Assembly: GCF_006345805.1 (NCBI RefSeq) | Contig: NC_043001.1 | Coordinates: 39,618,001 to 39,682,000 of the forward strand | Direction: 5' to 3' | Origin: Octopus sinensis | Lineage: Eukaryota | Length of the DNA: 64,000 nt | In this document: positions 1-14,619 of the stretch, piece by piece | Layout: every line of letters starts with the position of its first letter | How positions within the stretch are numbered: position 1 is the first letter of the stretch | The notes under the pieces: model-generated | Databases searched by the model: none | What the model was told of the DNA's origin: nothing | The model's input: the letters and a program-made list of their open reading frames with translations, nothing else | Made by a program: the position numbers and the translations under genes

Positions 1-249
1 ATCTCCAGTTTCAATACACAAGAATATACCCATTATAAACAGAAAATGAAGAATTTATTTTTGATACATTATCTTTTTGACTGATTCTTTGTATTGATAC
101 TCCTCTCTTCAAGTGGCAGATTCCATTGTAGTTTGTGATATTTCCGTTTTTCCAAAAGATATGTGAACACAAGATGAAATTTATCGATTTTATCATTTTT
201 ATCAAAAGCAAGGTTATCTTCGTTCACATAGTTAGTGAATTGCAGTTAT

Positions 250-900
250 TAGGATTAGCTGCTTTGACTTGCAATGCTTGATTATTGGTTTCATATACTA
301 ACAGCTACCAAATTTCATCTATTCAGAACAACTGGATCAAATAATTCACAGGATTAGCTAATCCTGCAGTAAGATTATCAAGAATATTTTTAGACACAAG
401 ATCTCTGTAGGTTTGAAATCATTAGAAAACAATTTTTATTACAAATCTCAAAGTAACCTATTAGGAGTACCACCACACCCCTTCTTCTGCAATCTGAGAC
501 TACTTCTCATATATAATTTGTACATTTTGTAGAGAAACAGCATCTAGCATGCTATCTTTATCTGCTGGGTAATATGCTTTCAAAATCACTTTCATGGTTA
601 TTATCAAAACCTTTCTGATGCTCCATGTAATGACTAAAAATTGAATAATTAACTGACTGATGTCAGATTTTAAATACAACATATTTTCCCCCCAAGCCTC
701 GCACAAACTTCACAAAAGCCACAGTGATACCTTTATTCAGAACACAAGCTGTAACAGCAATGTAAAATGATCATTGACTGGTGCAGAAAGCATGTGCACC
801 AGGTCTAAACAGAAATATGTGGCAAAACAGAATACTAGTTTGATTGGATATAGGCACATATTATTGGTAATGGAATTCAAGGCCAGTGGGTTCAATGTTA
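250..900 (-). mobile_element. Possible heavily decayed hAT transposase C-terminus
   Basis: Broken frame reading SSCSE*...YMK...LILITAIH loosely resembles the hAT dimerisation motif; many stops. Confidence 0.2.
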
Positions 901-2495
901 AATAATGAAAACTGAATAAATACACTCATCTCTTAATGAGTTATTCTTTTTCTTTCACTGTATATTTTTATACATCCATACACTTTACATGATTACCTGT
1001 CCCTCTATGTCACAATAAATTCCTTTTTCTTAAACAGAAAAAGAAATTTACAATTATGGAAACAGTTAAATATATGAACCAAGGATGGAAGTGTTGAATG
1101 GTCATTCAATCTGCTAGAATTGTCATAGATTTCAAATCAAATCCAAATGTCTGGTAAACAAAAAAAGGGGGATACATTGAACAAGGTAATGCTGTATATA
1201 CAAAAGGACAGGATGATCAATAACATCATCATCATCATCATTATCATTTAAGATCTGTTTTTCATGCTGGCATCAGTAGGACAATTAGTGGAGAACTGCA
1301 CTAAGCTACTCTGTCTCTTTTGGCATGGTTTGTCACAGCTAGTTGGCCTTCCTAATGCTATAGGTTTTCTTCATAAGATTGACTTAAAGCTGAGCAACAA
1401 CAGCAATAATTAAACATTAAACTATGATAACTTCAAATCTTAAAATACTTTCTATATGTAGTAGCACTTCCTGTTGAGTGAGGCATTCAACCCACCTCCT
1501 CTAATTTCTAGTATCTCTAAAACCAGACGGTATATTTCAAGTCATATGTATCAGTATAGCATACCTCTCACAATAGGCATGTACCACCGCAGCTATAATT
1601 CCACTTATATGATGCAAACAATAAAACATATAATGAACATAGTAGGTATTATTTTAGTTCTAGATATCATGATGTTGAGATAAATAACATTTATATATGA
1701 ACTATATGATAAAACAAGAGCAACTTTTATAAGAAAATGTACAACTGTAAACCTTCACACAGACTGAAACAAATCTGAGCTCTATCAATTTGAATAGAAA
1801 TATTGTTTACCATTGATTAAGCTTGATAAAGCTTGATAGAGCTGAACTGAAATGTTGAAAATTAATTACAATTAAAACTGCAATATAAACTGTGATGTTA
1901 TCAAAAACTTATTTTGCTGTAGTGAATAATGTAATTTATGAGCAAATTTTATTTAGAAGAGGAGGAACAATATCTATGACACTTGCAGAATTTCTTTGTT
2001 AGGTTGCTAATGCTCAATTTGATTTCCTGCAAATTTATGCCAGCAGGAAAAATATTGAGGAGGGAGTTTCATAGACTTTCAGTTCTGAAATAAAAGGACA
2101 GAAGGAATTAATACAGGGTTTAGGAATAAGACCAAAGATAATGAGGCTAGGATAGCTTGGATCATCAGATAAGTGTGGGCAGAAGTAGTACGCTACTTAC
2201 TAATTTAGAGCAGAACTAGTTGTAGAAGAGGTGAAGCAGAAAATTTGAAGGTTCCTAGTTGCAGCATGCTGGTAAGTGAATCCCCCCACAGTCAGTCTTT
2301 TGAGAGATGCAGTCAATAATGTGTGTATGTGCATGCATCAGCAAAACTATACCACATATTAGAGTAGTATTCTAATGAGGGCTTTTTTCTGAGAGGATAA
2401 TCAATTAGTCAGAGCTGAAATAATTTCTGACTCTAGAGTGGAAGCTTAATCTTTGGAATGTTGTATTGACAATATTATATATATATATATATATA

Positions 2496-3707
2496 CTAGC
2501 AGTATAACCCAGCCTTGCCCGGGATTAAGTTACGATTATTAAGCTAATCAAGTTCTTTATTTCAAACCAAACTAAGTAATATAGATGTCAAATTTGGGCA
2601 AAACCCATTGAAATTAGTTATATTATATATATATATTATATATATCATATATATATATAATATAATATAAATATATATGGGCAACAGACACGAACACACA
2701 TACACACACGTACATACACCTATTGCATGTTTTGTGCACGCATATATGTTCATAAACAGAACTGAATGGAAAAAAATGTTGTTAAATTTGTAGATTAACA
2801 CTCACACAATTTTCACTAAGAAAAAAAAATCGTTTTTTTTTTTGCATGGAATCAACTACTCTGGCCTCAAAACCCTCTTTGTGGTTCATGAAATGGAGTG
2901 GGGTGTGGTGGAAGCCTCACAAATTGTACCCATTTATATTGTGTAATTCACTGACAAATTGTTACTCACCTCTTTGTTTCTTTGTTGTTAAATAAATGGA
3001 TTGTCAACAAAACACTTTTTTACTCGGCATAAAATAAAAACAAAACTCTTTCGCACCCAAAGTAATATGTGTGAGAGAGAGGGAAGAGAAAGGTGAACGA
3101 TTTAAAATAAATTTATTGTAATTGTTGTGTGAGAAAGTATATATACTATGATTATAAAATATAGTGTGCCTTTCAAAAACAAAAAACAAAACATTTTACA
3201 TTTTATTTTTTATGAACGTAGTCACTTACTCTCTCCCTCTCTCACTTTGTCTTTCCCGTGAAACTCTCTGCCTCCTTCTTCCATTCTCTCTCCCTCTCTC
3301 ACTTTGTCTTTCCTGTGAAACTCTCTGCCTCCTTCTTCCACTTTTCTTTATCTCATTTCTTTTTGTTAGACGCTGTCAAAAACGCAATGGCTCTCTCTCT
3401 CTCCCTCTCTCACTTTGTCTTTCTTGTGAAACTCACTGCCTCCTTCCACTTTACTTTTTCTTTTTTTTTTGTTAGACGCCATCAAAAAGCAATGGCTGAT
3501 ATTTGTTATGGTTAAAAGCTATGGTTGAAAATAGATTTTTACCCTATCCGCGGGTGCCTTGGGAAAAAAATAAGTTGACAAAACCCAGATAGTATGTTGA
3601 CAAATGTCTTCCTAAAATTTGAGTGACATGTGTGCTAATTTGTGGATGTGCATAAATTACAATCACATACACATACACACACACACCATCCTCCCTTTTA
3701 TAGATAT

Positions 3708-3711
<4 letters not shown>
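2496..3711 (-). mobile_element. Non-autonomous Helitron (family 2)
   Basis: Minus-strand 3' end CCCGGGCAAGGCTGGG hairpin remnant + CTGCTAG|T at 2496 resembles the end at 30222. Candidate 5' A|TC near 3704-3711. Contains an internal ~55-bp tandem repeat (about 3225-3450). Confidence 0.5.
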
Positions 3712-3792
<81 letters not shown>

Positions 3793-4588
3793 GTATTTAC
3801 TGTGAAATATCATTTGAGACTTAGCAGTTTTGAGAGTTTTAGCTGTTTTACTCAAGCATAGAAAAGGCGTAGTGTTGCAAGTCTGTTCTTTAACATGTGC
3901 TGTGATTATGTTTGATGATACTAAAAACAAATGTCATCATGTTATGTTTCCATTAGAGGATGATTTAAAAGCCTCTGTTCATGAAAGAATTATAAGTCTG
4001 TTCTTATGTATCAAGGTTGTGTGGAAAGTTGAGCAGGAGTAAAAAGGGATATAATGTGTATAGCAGCCTTTTGTTAGAAGAAACAGGCAGAACAATGTTT
4101 ATGTGAATACATAATTGAACTTCAATGCATACAAGAATGTGGTTCAGAGATTGTTATATTAATACATGTTGTAAAAGAGTAGACTGATCAGAAACTTCCA
4201 ATTCATGAGATGAGATAGATGGATACTAAAAGATAGATATTTCTACTCAGACACAATTCAATGTTTTGCTAATGTAAAGCATAACTAAGCATTCACCAGT
4301 TTTTTGAAAGATCAGAGATCATTGGAGTATAATATAGAAAAGCAGGTCTCCAGTATATATGCTGTTTAAAACTTAATAGGTTGAATAATTTATGTACCTT
4401 ACAACCTACTATTTGTATTTTTATTAAATAAGTTATTTTGGAAAAGCAAAGAAAATTAATTATGTGGAAATTTTCTGTTAAAATACAAAATTACCAAAAA
4501 TGAAGATGAAAAAATCAGTGCTTTTCTCTCTTGAATGTAAATAATGAATTATTTCACAGATTTATAAAATCATAACATTTCAACTTAC

Positions 4589-4843
4589 ATTCTACATTGA
4601 TCCAATGTACTTTACGTAATTCTCTTTCTTTATTGCACATGTTAGAAGCATAACAGATGAAAACCTTATTATTTTGTGTTCGACTGAGTCGAGAAAGTGT
4701 CAAATTTTGTGAGGCGTTGTTATTTGGATCCCACCTGTAGCTGTACTTTTCTGGATATCCATTTATTGCCTTACAATGCAAAATACCTTTGCGACCTTCA
4801 AGAAAGGGTTCATCAGTCTTGATTTCTATTGTTTTAGGTGGAT
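4589..4843 (-). CDS. IgSF gene, Ig-domain exon D (255 nt, phase 1-1)
   Basis: Acceptor tttccctttgtacag, donor GTAAGT. Splicing to exon C gives the typical IY-YPPK linker, followed by LHCKAINGYP...YRW...LTL...FICYASN. Confidence 0.88.
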
Positions 4844-6174
4844 CTGTACAAAGGGAAATAAAATTATTTACATAAATACTTGCATAAAGATATTTTATTT
4901 TTTGCTATTACATCAGCAATTAATATTCCATGCTGCATTACATATAAAGTGATGCATACAAAATGAGAAAATTTTCAATAAATTCTGTTAGCATTGCAAT
5001 CTTTTACATTCAAAGAAAATATCCAATACAAATTTTCAAATCCTAACAAATATATTGGAAAAGATATAGCTATATAGGAAATCCTTGTTGGCAAAATTCA
5101 ATTAGTAAGACTAAGTTTCAGAAGAAAGGAGGCAGAATAAAAGGAAATATTGAATATAAGTTTACAATATTTCCACAACTATCACTAAATTAATTTAAAT
5201 AAATATATATATATATAATGAAACTGGGATTGTTGATAATGATGAATTGTTATAAAATTAGAGGAGTTTAATTCCAAAGTAAAAAAAATAAAGCAGGGTT
5301 TAAAAAGATGAAATTATGAAAATCTGATTGTGCAAACTTATGAAATTTTACTTACATTTTTTCTAACTTCATGAAGTGCATTACAGATTATTTTTCCATA
5401 CTATCTGGCTCTGAAGAGCACATGATATTACTTAACAGTGTTGTTAACTATCATCCAGTTTTAATACCCAGTGCAAAATCAATTTGTAAGATTGGCTGCA
5501 TGGATCTATAATACTGTACACATTGATTGATATATCTACTCTATTGACATATGTGAGAGTGCTTATTTTTCTGACTTATGGATTCTTAGATTATATGTAT
5601 GTATCCTCCTCGAAACAGACAAACATCATCATCATTACCATTTTATGTCTACTTTTCTCATTTATAGTTCAAAGGCTTGTACCACCAAACAGCTGGTCAG
5701 CTCTGGCTGCTGGAACTGAAACTAACATGACATTGTTGGAAGGCAGGTTTAGAGAGGGCGCGAGCTCAAACTATGTGCCCTTCCCCTCCATTGGTCAGTT
5801 GAAGCTTAGATAGAGTCATATGACACTTAGCTGGTGCTGGCTGCTGGAGCCTACCAGCGTGTATTTAAAGGGAAATTTGGCAGGATGGTCAGTTGCCCAC
5901 TGACATTTGCTGACACTGCATCGAAGAAATCAAAGAACAAAAGAAAAAAGGAAAAAGAAGAAATGCACTCAAGACCAGAGCTGAAGACACCTCTGAAAGG
6001 TGGGGGCCCCCACCACATCGAGAATGGTAGCAGATTGAGGGGCCGAAACAGAGCGTGGTTCCTCCTGATAATGTCTTTAGCCACTGGATCCTATAAAGGA
6101 GCTGTTGATGTAGCGAATCCCGAAACGTGGTTGGAATTCCTCCACCACTATTTTTTTTCTGATCCTACTACTGC

Positions 6175-6720
6175 TTCAGCTATAAGAATGAGGACATCAG
6201 CATAAAGAGTTTCCAGTCTTAAATTCTCATGGAGGTCTTTGATAAATAGAAAGGGACTGAGCATTGGTAGTATCCTACATACCCACTAAATTTATCACTG
6301 TACTTATTGCTAATTCTCATCTTGCTGGACAGCATCCCTGCATATGGCTTGTGTGGCTCACATAAGCCATTCATCTACTCCTAGCTTCATCAGTGATTAT
6401 TAGATCACCAAATGAGTAAACTCTGTCAAAGGCTTTCTCCAGGTCAAAAATTAGTTTCATTATATATATATATATTTATTTAAATTAATTTAGTGATAGT
6501 TCTCCAGGTCAACAAATGTCAGATACAGCAGCTTACATTTTTGCCAGTTATTTCTGTAGTTGTCTCACTAGGAACATCACATCTGTAGTACCTTTTTCTG
6601 GTACAAAGCTTAACTACATTTTATCTAGTTTAACTCTCTTCCTAATCAACTTAGCCATAACTCTTTTTCTGACTTTGATGACCTGGTCCAGTAATCTGAT
6701 ATCTCTCTAATTGCTTATCT
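6175..6720 (-). mobile_element. RTE LINE reverse-transcriptase fragment (decayed)
   Basis: Minus-strand DLEKAFDRV, LGVDEWL and WKLLYAD-like motifs with stops and frameshifts. Confidence 0.7.
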
Positions 6721-7094
6721 CTCTTCTCAAATGAAATTTAAAGAGCTCCCAAGTATTTAGCCTTACAAGAATATTTATTTATATCAGAATTTGACCATAA
6801 GTTCATTCCTTCTGAATATTCAACTTATATGATAAAACCACAAACAAATTCCAACAATACAATTAGATATATGGTTCCCAAAAAATAAAACAATTCTCAC
6901 CATTTTGGTATCACAGAGTATTGTTTATTATTGTTTCCTTCACCCAAAAACCAGCATTTACAAAAGACATTTTACTTTTGTAAAATGTAAGAGTACATTT
7001 ACTCTTACATTTTACTAATCTCATATTTGAATTTTTTTTTAAATGATAAAAACAGAAGATAAAAATTTTCAAAAGAGGCTTCATTTATACTCAC

Positions 7095-7352
7095 AATAAA
7101 TAGTAAAATTCTTTTCATGAGACACATTGGCAGCAATATGAGTTCCCAGACATTTGACTGTTCGATGAGATTCAGAAGGTGTTACAGTAACTTCAACTTC
7201 TTCTTTACTAGTATTTGATATATTTTTGTACATCAAGGTTACACTTACTGGTGGATCACCACCTTTCCAACTGCAGTGGAATTTGGTTGGAGTATCAACA
7301 CATACTTTTCCTCCTGAAACATTTAGTGTCATGTCATCTCTTTCTAGAGAAT
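7095..7352 (-). CDS. IgSF gene, C2-like Ig-domain exon C (258 nt, phase 1-1)
   Basis: Acceptor aaattcatag, donor GTGAGT. FHCSWKGGDPPVSVTL...VTPSESHRTVKCLGTH is a C2/CD80-like pattern. The acceptor position is less certain than the donor. Confidence 0.8.
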
Positions 7353-8789
7353 CTATGAATTTCAGAACATAAAAGTTAAAAGAAAGAAAAATTATTCCAA
7401 GCAAAACCAAATACCTGCACTTAATAAAAAAACATAAGAAATAAAAGAACAAAACAAAACAGAAGTATATTTTGAATAAAATAACCATTTTTAAAAAGTT
7501 TTAAGTATAATTCTATATTGATAAATATTTGAACATTGGCAAAAAAGAATAAATTTTATGAGAAAAGCACAATTGTAATGAATTAGGTAAAAAGTCAGCA
7601 ATTTTGAGAAGTAAGGCTTACTCACTACCAGTCCCCCAAGATAGGTTCTCTCTTCTCTTGACCCTGAAGAGTTGAAAGTCAATATCAATTTCATTGGACT
7701 TTGAGCTTAGAATGTAAACAGGCCTAACTAAATAATGCGTAGTATTTTGTCCCATGCCCTACTGATGCTGCTTATTTACCACATGATAGTAATAATTACT
7801 TTTGCTACTAAGCATTTTTTCTGGCAAGCTAACAATTCTGCCAGATCACCACCTTGACAATGACAATGAGAGGGGTGGTGATGATGAGGATAGTAATAAT
7901 TAAATATAATAGTGGGACCCATGAATATTTCATGGAATTAATGGTAAACCTATTGGGTTATTTCTGAAAACTTTTTCCAAAAAACCTGAAAGCATAGCCT
8001 GTGTTGTGTCTGCATAGAAAGATAGTCACTCATCTACAACTGATTGAAAAGTGAAAGAAACTGAAATACAATGATTACTTAATGTACCTTCTATATACAC
8101 TATATACACTTTATGCACAATTTTATAGACTTAATACACAGCACTCATAAAATAAATATTCATTCTTGTTTTCCATTTTCCCCATAAACAAAAAAAATTG
8201 CTGAACATGTGATACAGCCTTTAGTCAAACTGCATGCATCTGTCACATAAATAAATGAGAATATCTCATGAAATTATACTTATGTGCATGCATTAAGTGA
8301 TAGATGATATAAAAAAAAAACTTAGTTCAATTAAATAAAAATACACTTTTCACTTTCCAGTCACCACTGCCACCTCCATCACCACCACTCATATCAGGAC
8401 AATTACTCCCCCCCCATAGGACAATTCTCCCCAACGATAACTACCCCCAGGACAATTACACCCTAAGACAATTACCACTCTTGGTTAATTCCCCCCTCTT
8501 CAATATATTAAGAAGTTTTATATCATCATCTGATGTTCTCAGAGGTAATTGTCCTTGGGGGTTATTGTCCATGGGGGAGGTAAATGCCCTAGACTCCCAC
8601 TACTACCCCCACATTCTCCCTACTTCATATCATGAATGCTTCACTCTCTCTATCTCTCTCTCTCACTCTCTTCTGTTTCTCCCTCTTTTTCTATTGCTCT
8701 TCACTTTTCTCTTCAACTAATCATGTGATAGCATTACATATGGGCTAAGTAACAGAATGACAAGCAGACTTAATATAAGATAATCCTCT

Positions 8790-8905
8790 CTACTGTAGAC
8801 CCAAGGCTTGGATTTTGTGGAGGGGGACAGTCAATCATATTGACCCCAGTACTCAACTGGTACTTGATTTATCAACCCCAAAAGGATGAAAGGCAAAGTT
8901 TACCC
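8790..8905 (-). repeat. SINE family 2 fragment
   Basis: gtactcaactggtact...tttatcaaccccaaaaggatgaaaggcaaagt, shared with 10280-10435, 39325-39517 and 46395-46540. Confidence 0.7.
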
Positions 8906-10279
8906 TATTATATGCAGGGTGTGGACAGTATTTGAGAACACATGCATTTTTAGTCATTATTTTATTTGACTAATTTTTATTGAACTTCTATTTCCGATAA
9001 TAACAATGACAGACTCTATACTTACTAATGACACCGAACGAACTTAAAGACTAGAAAAAAGAACAGAAATTACCTGACTTGCAGGAGAGGATATTGCATG
9101 GTAGATTCCCAAAGATAGCTTCAGCAACTAAGTTATATTCTTCTCTCTAATTACAGTCAAAATGTAAGCATGGTTGATTTTGATATCTGGCAGTCCAGTA
9201 GCTGATGTGGAAGTAGATATCTTTATATTATATATGTAATTAGATGGACATCTTACTGATGGATAAGCACATGTTTCACTGAACTGTGATTGTCCATTCT
9301 TATTATTTTATGTACATGTACATGTGTCTGTGTTTGTGTGTGTGCATGTGTGTGTGCATGCATGTGTTTGCGTGTGCATATCATCACAATTCTAATGTTA
9401 ACTGTTCCATGCTCACATGGAACGGTGGACATGAAGGCAAATTATCTACAGCTAGATGCCTTCCTGTTGACATCAGTCACCTATTTCCAAATAAGGTAAT
9501 ATTTCCATTTTGAACAGACATGTTTTCACAGAAGATTGGAAATAAAAAGCACCATATGCATGATGGTGACACTCATTTACAATTAGCATATAATGTCGGG
9601 GCAAGAAGACAGTAACATAAACATGCATTCATACATCTAGACATACATATGGTGGGATTCTTCCAGTTTTACATGGCACCAGCAGTAGCAAGGTTATTAA
9701 GTAACTTGTAAGAGAAGACCATTCAACAGAAGAGAGGAATAGCATGGAAAGAAGTGGGTTTATGCCAGGTGATGTAAGTTTAAGGCATGAATGAAGGGAC
9801 AGAAATAGTTACCTTGCAGTAGAGGAGATACATGGTTACCTCAGCTGAAGAGAGAAAGGGAGGATGAGAGAGAGAAAAAATGAAAACATAATTCAAGTTA
9901 CAGGAAGGTGTAAATAAGTGATGTGGAATCAAGGATTGGATAGTTTGAGGAGGTGGGTAAGTTCATGCGAGTACAAAAGCAGAGTGAGTGCTGGACTGTA
10001 GCAAGTGGACACAAGCAGACAGAAGGGGAGTGTTAGGAGGATATATTGCTGGGAAAAGATTTGACAGGGGCACATTCTGTGCAGATAGGTTTGCAAGTTT
10101 GCAACAAGGGAGTGAGAGATAAAGGGGAGAAATACAGTGAGTAGTGAACATGAGTGGCAGGAAGGGGGAGATGTATGGGTTATGGGAGAGAAGTTTGCCA
10201 GGAGCATAGATGTAAATGACATGCCTTTGTGGTCTTGATTTTTACTTAGCTGGATGAGTCTTCTCAAGCACATGGAATT

Positions 10280-10435
10280 ATTTGATTACAATGACTCAAG
10301 TATTTACTTTATCAACCCAAAATGATGACAGACAAAGTCGCCTTCAGGTGGAACATGAAATCAGAATATAAAGTCAGAAGAAATGCTGCTAAGCATTTTG
10401 CCCAGTGCAGTAAAAATTGAGGCAGCTTACTGTTT
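10280..10435 (-). repeat. SINE family 2 (degenerate)
   Basis: Same central domain plus a degenerate tRNA-like head. Confidence 0.6.
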
Positions 10436-11479
10436 TATATAGAAATAATAATAATAATAACAAGCAGAAAACCTGTATGGTATTCAATTCTTTATAGGAC
10501 ATATAAGCATTTCAACAAAATGTTTAAGTAATTATTGAACAGTTGAAGAAACATTATGCAATCTTGCACTTGACCTCCTCACTGTCTCTCAATAAATACA
10601 ACAGATGTTAAAGCTTCAACAATATATACATTTTCTAATAACAAGAAAAGTGTATATATTTGGAGCTTTGACATCTGTAGTTGCATTATGTTTCTACAAC
10701 TGCAATATAATTATCTTGGCATTTTGCAGAATTTCATGTATGACCAATGTGTTGAATACCATGTCTATTTTCTGATTCTGATTTATTATTATTATTGAAG
10801 ACATTGCACAGAATCTAATATTGTGATATTGTAGATCAAAGATGTTGTTTGTACCAGGAGTTTGAACTATGTGTCAAGTCACAACAAGGATCTCAGACAG
10901 ACAGTACTTTATGCAGTATGCATGCAGTTACAAGTAAAACTGATTTACAAGATTGTAGGATATTTCTAAAGTATTTGCATGTTTCTTCAGGTTGGGTGGT
11001 ATTAAACTCAAAACTCTAATCCAGTCTAAAAATATAAGGCTGTCAAAACTGTTATACTTTAGTTTACATCAAGCTTTACTAGTGGCAACACTTTGAATAA
11101 TGCTGCATGGATAATTTAATGCAGCCAAACCAACAAGATGCAATTGGACATCACATAAGATACTCATGCAGCAGAAACATATGTCAGATGGAGGTTTAAA
11201 GAGAATATATTGCATAAGAGACTGTAATAATAATAATAAACTACATTGGTGTATAATTCTCTATTTTTATTTTAATGTCTTGAATATGCACTCAGTAAAC
11301 TATATCCAACAAAGTGAACTCAAGATTTACCCATTGGATGAAATACTGTGAGTTTGTTTACCTCAAAAAATCTCCATTTATTCCATATCATTTGATGTGG
11401 TTTGCCAGAACCTGGATCATACTAGAGTGCTTGAATGGTACCTGTCTGGATCTATTATTCTTATCTATTCACAATATAC

Positions 11480-14350
11480 ATTCAAATTATTCTGAGTGCT
11501 TAAGATGGTCAACTCTTCTATGGAGAAGCTTACCATAAATACATCTCTTAAGGATATTCTGTTACCAACCAAAAAGGAAATCTTAAAAAACTTCATTGAT
11601 ATAAAACAATTTTTTATATGCCACATGATATGGCATGCCTATCACTTTATTTGGGAAGAGAAGAAAAGAGATCAGATCAATAACAATGAAGAATTACAGT
11701 ATATATTTAAATCTCAACGAATTCCACCACCAACTCCACAACTTATTAGATTTGAGAAAGAATTTTGAAGTATCAACAGGAAAATTAGATTCCACTGCTC
11801 CCCTTTATGTAGGAACCAAAACTTGAAAAAATTGCACATGTTGGTGAAAAATCTTAAGCAGAGACCCAGAATTCTACTAAACACAAACAAAACTGGTGAA
11901 ATATACCACATAGATTACAATCTCTACCACTCTTTAATTAGAAAAGAATTCCTGAACAACTATAAAATAACACCAAAATACAACCTATTTAATTTGAATT
12001 TAAGGCCAAGGAGATATTGAAGAAGTTAAATTTAGAGGACAGGACTGAACCCTACTTCCCTAACAACTCCTAGAATTAATCTAAAAGTAGATTTATGGAT
12101 TGATAAATACATACCCAATCTTAGGATTATAATTAAGCTTAACTTGTGGTTCAGTTCTCATGAAGTAACAGAAAAGTTCACTGATATTGAGGATAAAAAT
12201 CACCCTAAATTCATTCAATTAGATATTTTAAACTGTTACACCTCTATTAACCCCATTCTTCTCAACAAAACACTAATATTTGCTATGAGAAGCTCTAGTT
12301 TATCCAAAGAAGACATTATATTAAAGGCTAGAAAATCTATTATTGAATTTGAGGGAAAATACCGGGAAATGAAGGATACGTCTGATATGATCATCGTTAC
12401 TATGGAATCCAGCGATTTTGCTCTGGTAATGAACTTTGTAGGTATTTACACTCTAAAATGTATAAATAATGAACTTCTACTAATGGTGTGTGTGTATGAA
12501 GGGGTTGTTATATACAGATAACACTCTATTTACAGTATATAAATCTAGCAATATTAACATAGAGAAATACAGAAAAAGCTATTCAAATTCTTCAAGGGTC
12601 TTAGTTTATCCATCTCCATTGAGGAAGAACATAGTAAAGTAAATTTCTTGGACATTACCTTGGATTTGAACACAGGTGAATATTAACTGTATCACACACC
12701 CAGTGATAACCTCAAATACATTAGTTTTTAAATAATCACCCCAAAAATATAACTTGCTTAATAGTCAAAATTATTTCAACCTGCATTTCTTGACTGTCTA
12801 TAAATGAAGAGATCAATAAAGTAATGAAAAATATTATAACAATGCCCTGGCAGAAGCAGGATATAAGGGTAATTTAGTATATATCCCTAAGAATGAAGTA
12901 AAGGCACATATGATTAGAATCAAGGTTTCAAATCAAGTAGTTACTGAAAACAAAAATATTGAAAATAATCAGAAAAACCATGTCAAGGGAAGTGTGAACT
13001 CTGCTTACAACACTTGGAATCACTATAAGAAGCTTCCTTCCCAACCACATGGCTCCAAGTTCAGCCCCACTATGTGGCACCTTGGGCAAGTGTCCTCTAC
13101 TAGAGCCTCAGGCTAACCAAAGCCTTGTGAGTGAATTTCGTAGATGGAAACTAAAAGAAGCCCATTGTATATGTAGGTATTTGAGTGTCTGTGTTTGTCC
13201 CCCCACCCACCATCGCTTGACAACCAATGTTGGTGTGTTTACATCCCTGTAACTTAGTGGTTCGGCAAAAGAGACTGATAGAATAAGTACTAGGCTTACA
13301 AAGAATAAGTCCTGAAGTCAATTTGTTTGACTAAAGGTGGTACTCCAGCATGGCCACAGTCAAATGACTGAAACAAGTAAAAGAATAAAAGAAAGACAGG
13401 TAGGGATACTGATATAGGCAAACACAATAATAAAAGTACAGTTAAACCCCCATAGGAAAACTGATAATTCATACAATACTAAGCCAGGTACCAAAAATAT
13501 GAGCAACCTCCATAAAAGAAAGAATACATCAAGTGATAGTAATATAGTCAAGCCCAAAATCAAAAATGCAGATAAACCTCCTGACAAAGTAGATAATTTG
13601 CACAAAAATATGCCACCTTCCAAATATATTAACAACCCCCACAAAAGAATAACTCAATGATTATATTGTGGTATATTGCAGTTTGCAATAGGCAGATAAA
13701 TACTAATGTTCTTGCTAAATTTTTCATGGCATTAGATAAATATTTCCCAAAATTGAATAAGCATATCCAGATCTTCAATCATCGCATGATTTGGTTTGCA
13801 TTTTCCACCAGCAATAATCTTGCTCAGATCATTGTGGCACATAATATAAGAAGAATCTCTGAATCATATAATAAAAATGTTAGTAAGACAGATAATAACA
13901 ATAATTATCATATTAATAACTACGACAAACAACTAGTAGCAATAGTGAATCACTGGTGGTAGGGTTTGAACGCTGCACTGGATTATATATATATATATGG
14001 GGAGAGAGAAAGAGAGGGGGAGTTACTAATCAATATAAGTAGTAGTAGTATAAAGGAAATAAAAAAGTTGAAAATACACTGAAAGTGTTTAAGAAGATAC
14101 ACTTAACTGGAATCTAAACAGTACCTACTAGTTACCTAATATCACCCAAAATATATAACAGGTTGTACTTGAAAGACAGTGCCTGTCTAAGTTAATAGAG
14201 AATAGAACTGAACATGCCAAGGCCAAAGACATTGAAGAATTATGAAAGACCAAAAACAGTTCAGATAAAGCCAAAACTCTACCTGTTATTACAACCCACA
14301 CCACAATAAACACAGTATTATCAGTATTATCAATCAGAACATACAATTAT
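11480..14350 (+). mobile_element. Decayed Penelope-like element (RT and downstream region), interrupted by a SINE
   Basis: Fragments TSLKDILLP, FKSQRIPP...FEKE, KFIQLDILNCYTSI, ARKS, VNFLDITLDL, NHP and TN...KFF...DKYFP...IFN...HN match the PLE RT layout. Many stops. Confidence 0.8.
13027..13393 (+). repeat. tRNA-headed SINE family 1 (slightly 5'-truncated), inserted in the PLE
   Basis: Collinear with 58335-58730; ends in gaaacaagtaaaagaataaaagaa. Confidence 0.85.
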
Positions 14351-14465
14351 TGAGCTAAGACCCAAGAAGGCAAAAAGTACATGAATCATAAAAATCAAAT
14401 GCTAACAACAACCCAAATCTCCACCAAAAAACAAAAAAATCCACATACTAAATATATATATATAA

Positions 14466-14619
14466 GAGGCTTCTTTCAGTTTCCATCTACCAAATCTACT
14501 CACAAGGCTTTGATCAGCCCAAGACTATAGTAGAAGCCACTTGTCCAAGGTGCCACACCGTGGAACTGAACCCAGAATTATGTGGTTGGGAAGCAAGCTT
14601 CTTACCACATAACCACTTC
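14466..14619 (-). repeat. SINE family 1, 5' half
   Basis: Reverse complement of the family 1 head (gtggtaagaagcttgc...ggttcagttcc). Confidence 0.8.

Noticed and set aside
3544-3930. ORFs rich in IY, HT, CV, poly-M, poly-H or poly-S (here and at 15.1, 29.9, 38.2, 45.4-45.8, 46.2, 59.4 and 60.4 kb)
   Set aside because: They are translations of microsatellites.
7353-7488. Hydrophobic N-terminus of ORF 7081-7488 as a signal peptide or TM segment
   Set aside because: It is T-rich sequence upstream of the exon C acceptor, best read as intron.
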